Positions 12,022-24,359 of a stretch of DNA of 64,000 bases are shown here, in pieces; position 1 is the first letter of the stretch; the number at the start of each line of letters is the position of its first letter. Source of the stretch: Paraspadella gotoi (taxonomy: Eukaryota > Animalia > Chaetognatha); NCBI GenBank assembly GCA_051294375.1, contig CM119267.1:20399476-20463475 (forward strand), given 5' to 3'. The notes under the pieces are model-generated. The model searched no databases, was not told the origin of the DNA, and worked only from the letters and a program-made list of their open reading frames with translations. A program made the translations under genes and the position numbers.

Positions 12022-14102
12022 TCACAATTCGTCCTTCAAACTACCCCTGAAGGGCTCGGACGAAGCATGCGCGTACATCGACTTGGCAGTTTTGTGCTGC
12101 GCCGGGATTTTTCCGTCGTCGTCTTCCTCCTCTGACTCATCGTCGACTCCGGCGTCGGGAATGTATTCGTCGGGAATGACGTCGCTCTCCTCAGTGTCGG
12201 AAATGTAATTGGGTTCGCCCGTATAGTGCGTCGGGTAGCAGAGCAGCGGTTCGGCCGACAGCGCTACTAGATCGCGCGGAGAAAACTGCTCCTTCAATTG
12301 CTCCTCGGGATGCTTGTCGAACATGATGGGCAAATACTCGTCGACCGGGACCATGCGGTTGAACGGGCGCTGGTTTAGGAGCTTGTGGGCGCCGGCGTTG
12401 GAAAGCATGTAGCTCAAGGTCCAATAAGAGTAATTGGGCCATACCAGATTATCGGCGCCCTTGACGCGGGGTTCCCACTCCCGCCGAATCCTTTTCCGGC
12501 CGAGATACACCAAGTCCCAGTCGTCTAACCCGGCGTTTTTTAACTCCGTCTCCAGGTTACCCAGGCTGATCTTGAAATAGGGCTCGAAGCGGATGTCGTC
12601 CTCGAAGATCACGACTCGTTCGTGGCCGTGTTGCACCACGTCCTCCCAGATCTTGTAGTGAGACATGAAGCAGCCGATCTCGCCGAAGGTCATGTCGCGG
12701 AGACTGTACGGGTCTCTGTAGTTGGGGCACTGGCGAATATTTAAGGCCTCCAGGTATGACTTGGACAATGACTTGCCGTCCACGGCTTCGATCCATTTCG
12801 CTTCGATGCCCAGGACCTCGAAGCAGGCCAGCATGCGGGCCAGGCGATCGGGTCGTCTCTTCAAGTTGACGAGGTAAACCTCGTCGAAACCGAGTTTGGA
12901 CTTTGGCGAGGGAGAGACGGAAACATAGCGCGAGGAGGGCATCGGGGGATCTTCGAATAAACTCTCCAGCTTCATGTTAAGAAACTGATTCTTGTCGTCG
13001 TCAATTCCGTACTGGGAGTCGAGAGGACCGATGAGTTTGCCGAAATACTCTTCGTTGCAGATCCAAAGGCGAACGCCGGAGACACGGGCGTTGTAGGCGA
13101 AAACGATTATGTCGTCGAAAGGGCCTGTAGAGTGTGAACGGATTGTTTGTTACAATATGTCTAATATTAAAAAACCACCGGTATTTCGTTCGCATACTAA
13201 CCCGAGTAATCTTTTGACAACCTATAGGATAAACCTAGGCTCTCTTCCCGTCTCAGGTCCACCAGGAAGGTGGAATGAACCATGGGAACTTCGAACACGC
13301 CCTTCTTCTCCCGATTGAGAATGTCCATGTAGTCATCGCTCCGTCTGTAGTAGAGGTCGTCGGTCATGTCTCCCCACCAGTTCGAGTACCGGCCCAACGA
13401 GATAAGCATCGGAGCCACCACCGTCTTTCGCAGCTTCATCAAAGACGATAAGACGTTGGGATTCTCAAGCAAATTGTCGGCGTCGACGAAGAATGCGAAG
13501 TCTGCCCAATGTCGACGCGCGCTCAGAAACGCCTCTTCTTTGAGACTCATGAGATGCGCGAACCTCTCGTCGGGCCAGTCCATGGTATTCTTCTCGCCCT
13601 CGTAGCCGCCGCGAGTGTCGTTAAGAACGGAGTCGACCGAGTGGTAGAGAGGCGTAACGTGAGAGAGCCACTCGCGGAGAATTCCCGTCGAATTGTCGGC
13701 GTTGTGGTCGGAGCGGACGAAGAGGCCGAGGCGGTGCTTGGGATAATCGAGGGCTTCGATGAAGGCGAGAAAGTTAGGCAACGCGTGCGCCTTGTTGCGG
13801 ACGAGGATGACGAGGAAGACGGTCGGTGGAAGGAGGAGCTCGTCGCGAGGTTTCTTTGTGTCTGACCAGAGTTCGAGCTCTTCCGGTGGAAGAGAATCGT
13901 CGTCGTCGTCTTCATCGTTGGAAGGAACGGAACTGGAAGCTGTGGATTTGACGGAAGACAAGTCAGGATCTGGAGGCGGCCCGACGATATTAAGAGACGC
14001 CAGCGACTTTTCCAACGTTCGATTAACCGTTTCCGGAGATTTTTCTCCGCCGAGAACTTTTACCGAGAGAAGAGAAAGGACGATGGAAAACAAAAGTCGC
14101 AT
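12022..14102 (-). CDS. COLGALT1: Procollagen galactosyltransferase (GT25 family); 2 exons
   Basis: Signal peptide; ILVRNKAHALP..LDYPK..RSDHNADN; DDIIVFAY; GT25 motifs VYLVNLKRRPDR, GEIGCFMSHY, FEDD, YSYWTLSY, PVDEYLP; C-terminal KDEL. Intron at about 13125-13201. Confidence 0.93.
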
Positions 14103-14772
14103 TTTTTTGTTTGTTTCTTTACTTAAAATAAAACAAATCCATTACCGCCCACGGCGTTTGACTGCCTAGAAAATATAGGACCAAAAAGTCTAGATTAGGA
14201 GAGGAAAAACCCCCATGCCCATAACAATTAGAAAAATAAGAATACTGATAACAATCCCAGTAGCTAAAATAAGCAAGCATCATATAACATCCACGTTAGA
14301 TGGAACAAATAAAATTCATTCAAAAATGAATTACATATATAAAATTCGACATGGTCGTTGGGATGAAAATACAGTGAAAAATGTGAAACATTGAACATTG
14401 AACAAGTTTAAAAAAACATTGAAGCAAGATTTATCGAAAACCGAACAAAACCATTACAATAAAATTGGCGTTTGGAACGCGTACGATAATGAAATAAAAG
14501 ATTTTATTAGTCACTATCGTCTAAGCGGAGGTTATTATCACAGCATGCATGTCGTCTACTCTTGTACTCTAGTACGGGATTCGATTCGGAAGTATAAAGA
14601 TAAAATTAAAATTATTAAAGCACTCAACGGTTTCCAAAAGTATAAAGAATGCACAAATCGGGTGAAAGAAGGTAAAAAGGGGTTTTTTCCCCGCGAATAA
14701 AATTTTCATTGAGGTCGAGCTACGAGAAAAGATTGACAAGTTTTTGGTTTTTTTTTTGAAAATCGTCGCCGA

Positions 14773-17700
14773 TTACGTCACAACACCGTTGTTGTTGTTG
14801 TTGTGGTTAGGCGTCAAAACGACGCCATAGGTGTCGTTGGCGACGGATTCTTCTTCGTCGTCGTCTCTTTTCGTGATGGAAGGGCGGGGACGAAAAAAGG
14901 TCGAAGTGGGGGAAACTGCGTAAAGAACAAAAACATCATAAACTATGAAATTGAATGTTATTTCTGTACTCGCGAACAATAATTTATAACGTTCTTACCG
15001 CCGTAAGGAGCTCCGTTCGCGTTGGGCGAAGGCAATGCCGGAGGCGAGGAATAATTCGCCCCAAAGAAAATCTCCCCGTTGGAAGGATCTGAAATAAGCA
15101 TTTAAATAAACCCAATATATCCAATCACTTCTCGTTCCAACTATTCAACTTACCCATGGGCCTAGCGTCCGATCCGAAAGGCTGTTGTCCCTGAGGTTGA
15201 TACAAAACGCCGATGGCTGGCGGCGTCGATGGCGATGGCGCCGATTCCAAAAACGGCGCACTCTGCGAGATCATTTTCAGAATTTTTATATTAAACTTCA
15301 ATGGGGGAAAAACAAATCGCCGCCCAGAGATCTCACTTGAGTCTGCAACGTCCATGAAGTCTGAGTCTGCAACGGGTTGTCCCCGCGCAAAGTATTCTTC
15401 CCGTGACCGCCGAATCCCCGCAGGCAGCACCAGACGATGCCGGCGATGAGAAGAATGAGAATGACGAGGCCGATGACGATGGCGACGATCTGAGTCGTGG
15501 AGAGGTCGATGAGAGGCGCCGCCGTGGGGAGAGAGAGAACGTTGATGAAAATGTTGGTCGAAAGGATGGCGCCTTTAAATAAAAATTAATTAAAGTAAAT
15601 AAAAAAGATAATTTCGATAGTTCAAATTCAAACGTTACCAGCTATTACTCCGTCCTCATCCGAATATTGACATCTGAAAATGAGAACCTTGCCGGCGTCG
15701 GCCTTCTCGATGAGAACGTCGACGATCTTGGAGACGGTGACGACGCCTGGCGAGACGGCGACGTCGATGGAGATATTCTCGGCGGAAGAAGTCATCAACG
15801 ACGGGGAATCAATGTCTCTCAGGTCGATCCAAGACAAACGGGATAAAGAGAGCCAAGAGGGCAGAGGGGACGGGGGCTAGAAGAGTAGGGTGGTGAGGTC
15901 AAATTTAACGCATAGATTTGAGCGCCTCCTACAAGATCTTCTCTACCTTGATTTTGCCGAAGTAAAACTTGGCGGAGCAAAAGAGCGGAAACTCGTCGCC
16001 GATCGTCGCGTTGACGATGCGTTCGTGCGAAGTCATTAAAGTTCGATCGGCGACGATGACGCTTTGGATAGAATTTACCGCATCGACCTGAAAGGAATAG
16101 AGTCAAATTATTGATTTATGACATAAAAACCGAACAAAAGTAGTGTATAAAATGTGTGTTATAACTGATAAGTATGAAAATGTGAACAAGTGCCCCAATT
16201 AAAAATCGACAATCGTGAAGAAATGGATCCAACTACCTTATTATCCTTTTTGTCGCCGTAATCGCAAGAGTAGAGTCCGCTATCCTTCGGTGCGACTTTA
16301 AGTATGTGCAGTCGGGTGTCGCCGTCCTTGGACATTTGGCCATCGTGATAGATAGCTGGCAGAAGACGAGAATTCGGATGGTTGCAGCTGATTGTCGCCA
16401 TTTCGTCAGCGACCAGCACTTTGGTTTTACTATAAGAATAGGCTTTAGTTTTCAAGGAAAATTTAAACAAATTTCTTTAACATCGCTGAGAGAGACTCGC
16501 CTCGAATCGAAAGCGGGAGCGGGAGGGATGGCCGGTCGAATCTCTAAGAAAATCGTGAAGTCGGTCTGCCAAGTGGGAATCTCAACGACGGCCTGAGGAC
16601 GGAATGAGGATTGAAGATAAAAAGGGGAAAAAAGTTGACGTCTCTCTCAATCGAATACCTGAGTGTCAACATCGCGAACGGGGCTTCGATAGATGACCTT
16701 CACGAAGGCCGTCATCGAGAATATTCCAGAACCGTCGGGACTGCAGTCCAACGTTTTGCTAGCCGAACCAAACTGGTTCGAAAAAAATAAATATGAAGCA
16801 AGATTATAAACAATAACCTTATTAATGGAAGTGGGGGAAATTTTAATAATGGATTCGGGTTAGCTAATTCTTTAAGAGGAAAGGTCATTCAGCATAACAA
16901 TGCGTAATCTTTGATGTATTAGAGCTAATACATCGAGAAATACTTTATAGTCATCAGTAATCATAAAAAAATAAGTTTTTATTTATATGTAAACATTCTG
17001 TTTTCAATCATTTTTTTTTAAATCGGTAAATAACAAAATTGTTAAGTTAAATGGGTGAAGCACATTTTTTAAAGATTGTTTTTCAATCTGATTGTTAAAA
17101 AATTCTAGGTAACAAGTTAAAACACGGTAAAGGCAAATTTAGAAGGGGAGAATTAAACAATTAGTCTTGTTACTCTCTGTTGGTTTTCCAGTCATGAACA
17201 AAATCTTCAGTTAAATAGATGGTAAAGAAATTTGAGCTATAATGAATCTATACTGAATTTGAAGAGTTTCAGCCTAAACGACTGCTATAATATTGATTTA
17301 AAATTTGATTAGCTATCTTAAAAAACATTCGTAAAAATGTAATAGAGAGACATTTTGTTAAATGCGTTCCAGTTATGAAGAATTCAGGGTTAAAGTTTAA
17401 AAATGTTTCATTTTCAATGATACAAGTTGAAATTTAAAAATGTCTCTCTATTACATTTTTCGAATTCACTAATAAAAAATTCATAAAAAATATCAGATGG
17501 ATTGGCCTTTTCGTTTGTGCTGCAACTCTTCAGATAGGTTTCTTTATTTTATATTATAATTAAAACCGATTATAAATGGCGTAGAATGCATCAAATGTTT
17601 AAAGTGAATACATTTTCGGAATCGGCAGGAGGTCAGCTTTCTGAATTTGTACTCCATTTTGGCCTATTTTGAAGTTGAGTTGAATGACCCTTTTTCTTAA

Positions 17701-18036
17701 CGCGTGAACTGAAACAAACTAAAAAACCGCCCGACCTTTTAAAATCATCAATACCTTGATCTTGATGCAGTGATGCTCCGGGCCTCCCAGCGTCCTCTTA
17801 GGGACGTAATTGGACCGGATGGAGATGTCGAGAGTCGATTTGGCGGGAACAGGGAACGAAGGTTTGCAATCTTTTTCGCTGCCGCTTGGCGTCTGGACAA
17901 AGACTAATCCCTCTTTGGCTAACCGCTCCTGGATGAGATTCGAGTCGCAGATGTCCACAGAGGCCGCCGACAAAAATGTTGTCAACGAAAAGAACGTCAC
18001 CAACATAAAGATGACTACGACCTCGGAAAGAGTCAT
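14773..18036 (-). CDS. Type-I single-pass membrane protein with Ig-like domains; no orthologue recognised
   Basis: Signal peptide MTLSEVVVIFMLVTFFSL; Ig motif ATISC..LHILKVAPKDSGLYSC; a second Ig-like segment (FPLFCSAK..DAGKVLIFRCQY); hydrophobic TM IVAIVIGLVILILIAGIVWCCL near 15425-15490; Pro-rich tail ending TYGVVLTPNHNNNNNGVVT*. Confidence 0.72.
17333..17460. repeat. Perfect 24-bp inverted repeat with an 80-bp spacer (MITE-like or hairpin) in the long intron of the Ig-domain gene
   Basis: AAAAATGTAATAGAGAGACATTTT (17333-17356) and AAAATGTCTCTCTATTACATTTTT (17437-17460), with imperfect extension on both sides. Confidence 0.8.
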
Positions 18037-18721
18037 CTCGCCTTGATTTCTTTCTTTACTTTCTTTCTCTATTTTTTCCCCCTTTTTTTCTCACAAATTC
18101 CTTCCCTGGATGTCCAATCGTTGACGGTTGCACGCATTTACACCAAAGCCGCGCATCTTTGGGTTTCTTTCTCCGATCTGTTAAGTTAAAGATTCTTCAT
18201 AGCGGAAGCCAAAAATGACAAGGCATTATTACTCTGGGCGAAATAGGATGCCGTATTCACTATCCAGTGAGTCATGAAGCGAGCTTTTCTTAATTTTTTT
18301 TTCTTTGAAAAAAAAAAGCCGGGCGTTATACATAATCAGCAGAATTATAAAACCGGTGCAATTATTATCGGAATAAAATAGGAGGCATAAACTTGCATTA
18401 AAGCAAAAAAAACTGGTCGGCCGATAACTCCGTGGACAGATAACATCATAAAAACGAGGTGTAAAAAAATCATTTCGATTAAAATTAATAATCACAGACA
18501 GGCACTTTAGAGCGAGAGAGAATGGGGGCACACCAGAAGAGAGGTGAAGAAGAAAAAAGCCTGGGAAATAAACAAATAGGGAAGGTTAGATTAGATATTG
18601 GATAAGAAATTTAAAAGTGAAAAAGAGTGGTAACTGTAAAAAAAAGGAAGTATTTCTCAACTCATTTAACTAATAACTCCCTATTCTTTTTATTACCTTT
18701 GCCCCCCCCCTGGTAATCGAG

Positions 18722-20528
18722 TTAATTCGTAGTCTCTCGCGACATTTTCAACGCCATTTCCAACATCTGTTCCTCTGAAAGAGCGTCTAATCCTCCACAC
18801 GTTTTGTCGTCTTGTTCGTCGTCGTCAACGTCTTGATCGCTAGAAGAAGAGCCAGTCGTTGATTTGGAGGTGTCAGCAACGGTGTCGGGTGCTGCCGGAG
18901 ACGCGTTGGAGACCCCGTCCTTGTTCGCGTTGTCGCTATTGTTGTTCGAATTCTTTTCCAAAAATCTTAGGCGCCGCTCTCGTATTTCCTGCGCTGACGG
19001 AGTCTTTTCTATCTCTCGAGGAGCCTGCGAGGCGGAGGAAACAACGGCGGGGCCGACGGGCGTGACGTGGGAAAGCGCCCCCGAAGCACCGTCACTCGAG
19101 GCTTCCAGGCTGAGCTCGATGGCCCGTTTGAGGCTGTCGTCAGAATCAAGGGAAGTCACGCTGGTCGAAGCTGAAAACGGAAAAAAAAAGTGCATATAAA
19201 TGTATTAACGATGGTTATCCCAAAATTCTTTCCCACCCAAAGCGGGAATTCGGTCGGCGCCTCGCTTGGCCGCGTCCCTCGCGAACCCTGCGCCTCCGGC
19301 GGCGTGGAGACTCAACTCCATGGCACGCTGCAGCGCGGCGTCGTCGTCGTCGAGGGCGTTGCGACTCGCCTCCAACGCCGCAAGAACAGCAAGGTCGTCT
19401 TCCTCTGAAAACGTTTTCCGCATGTCAGCCAATGTGGCAAAATGGTGCGCCACGATCGAAGAATCTCACCTCCGCCCGTTTCCGGACCGGATTTGGGTTT
19501 CATCTCTCGAATCAGCCGAGGCCGCGTCGTCTGCACCGCCGGAACCAACTTTAAAAGGGCGTCCGCTTCGCAAGGGGGCAGGTCGCCGAACACAAGGAAA
19601 ATCGAGTACCCTGTTGATAATTGTAATTGTAGGTAAGGTAATATACTTTTTTTTAAAATTTAATCCTCTCACCCTCTTGCTTCAACTGTCCCAAAAACAG
19701 AGCCAGGTAGGTTTCGGAAATGAGTTCGGGTCCGGCAAGCATGGAGTTGAGATTGAACCACTGGTTGCCGATTTTACGAATCGCGAACCAATGTTCTCGA
19801 AAGTTGCAGACGAAAGCTGAATCGAAAGAGGAGAAGGGGGGAGGGCGAAGGTGAAACGATTTGATGAGTTTAGAGGTTCGAAATTAACGAGGTACCGCGC
19901 CAAAGTCATAAAAAGATCCCACACCAGTTTGATCGACGGGATCTTCGCGCGCCGCCGCCGCTAACGGATTCGCACTGGCGTAGGGGATCATTTCCAAATT
20001 CCAAATCTCTAAAGCTCGACTGATGACCTGAACTGATGTGAGACAGAAAAAGAGGAAGGGCAACGGAATACGAAACGGTAAAAAGGAATTGATTTGGGCG
20101 GGGAAAGAAAGATTCAATATCACCCTTATACTGAACAAATAAAAAGACGTGAATACGCTACCGGAGAAAAATCCAGAATCGTCCATGTTAGACGAGGGTT
20201 GATTGAGGAACCTTCTGTACTCCTCTGTGCTCAATCCTCCCTCGGCCATGCGCTCGCGTTCCTAAAGGAGGAAGTTAAAATTTAACAGTTTCGAGTCAGT
20301 GGACATGTCGGCGGAAAGAAAAGGGCACGAACCTGCTCGTCCAACTCCTCCGAAATTGCGCCGAGATCGACGGCCGTAAAGTAGGATCCTGGATGGAAAA
20401 GCGAGATGAAAAATTGTCGATTGCTTTTAATGAAACAGTTTCACCGATTCCTCACCCTGAAGAAGAGCGTTGAGGCAGTGCTGAGCGCAGAGCGAACCTT
20501 CCTGACGTTCGTGGAAGATCTGCTCCAT
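18722..20528 (-). CDS. ATXN3: Ataxin-3 (Josephin deubiquitinase with UIMs); multi-exon
   Basis: MEQIFHERQEGSLCAQHCLNALLQG, NMDDSGFFSVQVISRAL and EHWFAIRKIGNQWFNLNSML (Cys/His/Asn triad intact), plus UIM-like helices and a VCP-binding-like motif QEIRERRLRFLE. Confidence 0.95.
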
Positions 20529-20946
20529 TGCGCCACTAAAAGAGTGGAGAAGGCTTTGAAGTAGGAAATCGTTATAGGCAGCACCATAGAATGAGGAAAG
20601 GCGAAGCGGCAACCTGATGCGGACGTAACGCAAAGGGCGAGAGTGCCACGAGGGATCTCGGCCGACGTACGTAGAAAAATCACTTAGGACGCGGGATATA
20701 ACTGGTACAACTGCGAAACATTTTTTTTTCGGAAAACAAAACCAGGATTTATTTTTAACTGTTGAAAGTATAGAATACGAAACTAATATTTATTTTGGTA
20801 AATTTGAAACAGAAAATTTTTACGTATTAACAGCATTATTATTCTGCCGTTCGAAGCAAAGGGGATCGAAGCAAAAAAACAAAAACGGAAATTGCGTCGA
20901 AATCTATGATGGTCATAGTCGTTTTCGTTTTCTCTTTCCCCGCTGT

Positions 20947-21852
20947 TTATATGATGCCGATCTTATTGGCGACGTCCAGGGCGTCGTAGTCGGGGGCGAG
21001 ACGCACGTAGGCTTTCTTAATTCCTGGACGGGAGGCGTATATTAAATGTGAATGAGGTCTCATGAAAAATAGAAAAACAGTGATTTTGAGAAAATTCGAA
21101 AACTTACCGTCAGGTCTGATCAGCGTGTTGACTTTGCAGACGTCGATTTCGTAAAGCTTCTTGACCGCTTCCCGGATCTGTGGCTTGTTGGCCTGAAAAA
21201 AAAAAGTATATAAATCACTCCCGTTTTCGAATTTGGATATCAAAGAGAGAGAGGGATAAGGAAATAGAGGAGTACCTTGAGGTTGACGATGAAGACGAGG
21301 GTGTTGTTGTCTTCTATCTTCTTCATCGAGGATTCTGTCGTCAACGGGTAGCGAATGATGGAATAATAATCCATGCGATTGCGCCTCGGTGTGCTCTTCC
21401 TACAAAGGAAACGAGAAAGAGATGATGAGGGAGTCAGAAAATAGAAAGAGCGACGGAGGAAACTTACCTCGGAAATTTAGGCGCCCTCTTCAGCCTCAGC
21501 GTCTTTGGGCGGCGGAACTTGACGTTGGTACGAACTTTCTTCACCCGGGTACCGAATCGTCCTGCGGCATAAATGGGTTAAAAATCAGGGGATCGAAATG
21601 AGTAGAGAATGAACATCACCAGGTAACAAACTCACCCTTCACAATCCTTTTCTTGGCCCCGAGCGCCTTGACGGCCGCCGGCGTCTTGGCCACTTTCTTC
21701 TCGGGTTTGACCTTTTTGATCGTCTTGGGGTCTTTCTTGGCCGCCGTGGCCGGCGCCGCCGCCTTTTTCGGCGCCGCATCCGGCTTCGACGCCTTCTTTT
21801 CGGTCTTCTTCTCGGGCGCGGCCGCCTTCTTCTTTCCCTCCTTCGGTGGCAT
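20947..21852 (-). CDS. RPL23A: 60S ribosomal protein L23a (uL23) with a Lys/Ala/Pro-rich N-terminal extension; multi-exon
   Basis: [17 protein letters not shown]|[61 protein letters not shown]|[24 protein letters not shown]. Confidence 0.97.
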
Positions 21853-21888
21853 TTTTTTTTTAAAGTTTTAACTTTTTTAAATCAAAAC

Positions 21889-21901
21889 AAAAAAAGAAAG
21901 G
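21889..21901 (-). promoter_or_regulatory. Possible TCT/5'-TOP pyrimidine tract upstream of RPL23A
   Basis: CCTTTCTTTTTTT 37-49 nt upstream of the ATG matches the TCT initiator typical of ribosomal-protein genes; it could also be incidental T-richness. Confidence 0.35.
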
Positions 21902-22050
21902 TTTTTTTTTCAAACCTTAAAAATCTGGAAAACAATAAGCGAAGTGAAACATTCGCCAGTAAACAAATAAGAGATTAACATTAAATAAAGAAGTTCTTTC
22001 AAAAAGGTTACGGCACTGTCGATCTTCCCCCGGCCAAACAAATTCCTCCC

Positions 22051-24359
22051 TCATTTAGTTCGACGATAAAATTCCTTGTCCATCTTGCGATGGTCTTCGT
22101 CTTCGCTGTCGTCGTCGCGCGAGAGAATCCTCTTCAATTCCTCGGGGGTGAACATTTCGTACCGACTGATATCGTGTTTCTTCGGCTCGAAAATCGATCT
22201 CCGATTGACGAAGGTTTTATCTTGGGGGATTTTGACGTAGTTCATTTCGTGGTTTGGCGGAAGATATCGGGAGAAGCGCCGGCTGAAGTGTCTGGATAGA
22301 GAGAAATGCAAAAATGAAAAAAAGATAACAACGACAGGGCTCCTCGCACTTTCCCACTTCGTTCACGGACCGGAGAGAGTGAACCCAGTTGCTGTCGCTG
22401 TCCCTGGCGTCCATCAACGCGTTGAACATTTGATTGATGGGCAATTTTCCGGAAAAGCCCGATTCGAAGTAAGTCTTTAAGTCGAAGAAAGCGTGAGCGA
22501 TTTGCTTTTCTAAAAAGTGAGAAATGATCACAGTGTGGGGCGAATGGTAAGGTCATCGGTATGTCGTCGCCTTCGACTTTTGAGTCACTTCAACCGAACG
22601 AATTAAACCCGAGGGCAGACACTACGATACTACCTTTAACTTTGGCGAGGTCGTGCCGACCGAATCGACCGTCGACGCAGGCGCCAATGACGTAAACTGC
22701 GTCGTGGTAAAACTTCTTCAAGGGCACGCGCGATTGTCTCGTCAGATACACGATTTTATCTCTCGGAAATACTGAGGGGAAAAATAGAGAAGACTTATAA
22801 TATAAGTTATATACACAAATTTGAGGAATTGTTGTGATGTGAAGAAGAGTTTTCCTTAAGTCTTACTTTCGGTAAAGCACTTTGAGGTCACGTTCCACAA
22901 AAAACTTTCGGAGAGAGAATCCTCCACGACCTTCCTGTGAAAAGCGTCGAAAGTTGTGAGATATGAGAAAATTGAATATTTTAAGGGGAAAAAGAAATAC
23001 CGGCCGACTCACTGATGCGCAAGAACACGTCGGTCATAATTGCAAAGAAACAGGTTGAACGGCTCCCAATGTGATCGGTTTCGCCCGTACATTTCTCTCA
23101 TTTGTGAGCGGAAACAACTATAAAGGGGGAGGAAAAAAAAATTAAAGGACCATAGTTTTTCTTGTCGTCGGGTGAAAGGAAGGGGAATCAAGTAACGCAA
23201 CCAACAATTTAGGAGAAACCCACCTGCTTTCGAAGGCGGACATTCGATAATCGACTCCCAGGTCGAAGACCAAAGGTTGACCGAAATTGAGGGCGTGGGA
23301 GAGGTGAAGGTTTTGGAGATGGCGAGCCGTGGAAATTTCGATCTTCTTTACACAAAACTAAATATGGGCGATTAAAGTCACAAACGAGTAAACGTCATTA
23401 GGTTAACTTAAAACTATTGACTGACCGGTGCCGCTCCGAGGACGGACTTTCCGAGTTCGTCGTATTCGTTGTCGGTGTCCTTCCACTCGCCGAATTTCTG
23501 GACGAGTCGCCCGTGTCGAACTTTCTTCTGGTGAGCGAGCTTTTGGCCACGAAGGCCTTCCTTTTGGCGGTAGTTCTCTTTGATCATGTAGAACCTTTAC
23601 GAGAGACGAGTTAAAGTTAAAGTTAAGTCCGGTTAAAGCTTTTCGTTAAATGAACAAGTGTGGCAGTATATTCAGCCTCACATCCAGCCTCATTCAGCCG
23701 ATCCCATTGGCTCATAAGGAAAACGCACCATCCCTAGCGTTACATGCCATCCACAGTCCTAACGAGTTCCCCGTGTTGGCAAAGCTAGACCGTCCTAGTG
23801 GCAGGCGGCGCCACTGATGGTCGGAAGCTCCTAACAGTGAGATGCCCCATCCCAATGCAATGGGCATCAAAGGCAACCCGGCTGTTGCTATACAAATTCC
23901 GTGTCTCTTCGAACGTTACCTGTAGAGTTCGAGTCGTTCTTCGACGGTTCTCTTCTTCTTAATCTGCTCCCACTGTTCGTCCGTCATTGATTTCGGTACC
24001 TGGGATTCAAGATCAACGCTAAAAAGTCACCAACGGATCAAAGTTTAAAAATCGTACTCCCCGCTTTTTTTTACTTGTTGGCCGTTGAACTTAAAGAACT
24101 CGTACTCTGTCAAGAGCGCAACTTCGAACTGCTCCGGCTCGACCTGGGCGTGCTTGGAAGGATTCAACAACGCCTCTAATTCCTTCAAGCTCCCGATCTG
24201 AGATGCGAAGCGGCGGGGAGTCGAGTGACGAGAGGGAAGAATTCCAAGAAAATCTGGAGAGAAGCCAATGGAGGAGGAGGGGCGAGAGACGAGAATTCCG
24301 TCAAAGAGGGGAAATCGATATTGGGTGCATCGCCACAGTTTGGCGCCAAATGTCCCCAT
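22051..24359 (-). CDS. TRMT10C: Mitochondrial tRNA m1R9 methyltransferase / mt-RNase P protein 1; multi-exon
   Basis: Basic/Ser-rich N-terminus resembling a mitochondrial presequence; Trm10 SPOUT motifs GQPLVFDL, MYGRNRSHWEPFNLFLCN, FPRDKIVYLT..HDAVYVIGACVD and LPINQMFNALMD..NWVHSL. Confidence 0.88.
23658..23893. ncRNA. Candidate structured RNA (or small SINE/MITE relic) inside a TRMT10C intron; family unassigned
   Basis: GC-balanced island in an unusually long intron; the ends can pair and several internal hairpins are visible (GATGCCC/GGGCATC, AGTGGC/GCCACT within GACC/GGTC, TGCCA..TGGCA). Confidence 0.4.

Noticed and set aside
20947-21852. snoRNAs in RPL23A introns; novelty of the N-terminal extension
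   Set aside because: The introns are too short and lack a clear box C/D layout. H1-like extensions of L23a are already known from insects.
23658-23893. Identification as 7SK, RNase P/MRP RNA or an HDV-like ribozyme
   Set aside because: Only fragments match (GGATGTGAGG, AACCCGGCT, TCCCCGT). The required partner helices and motif order are absent, so it is left unassigned.
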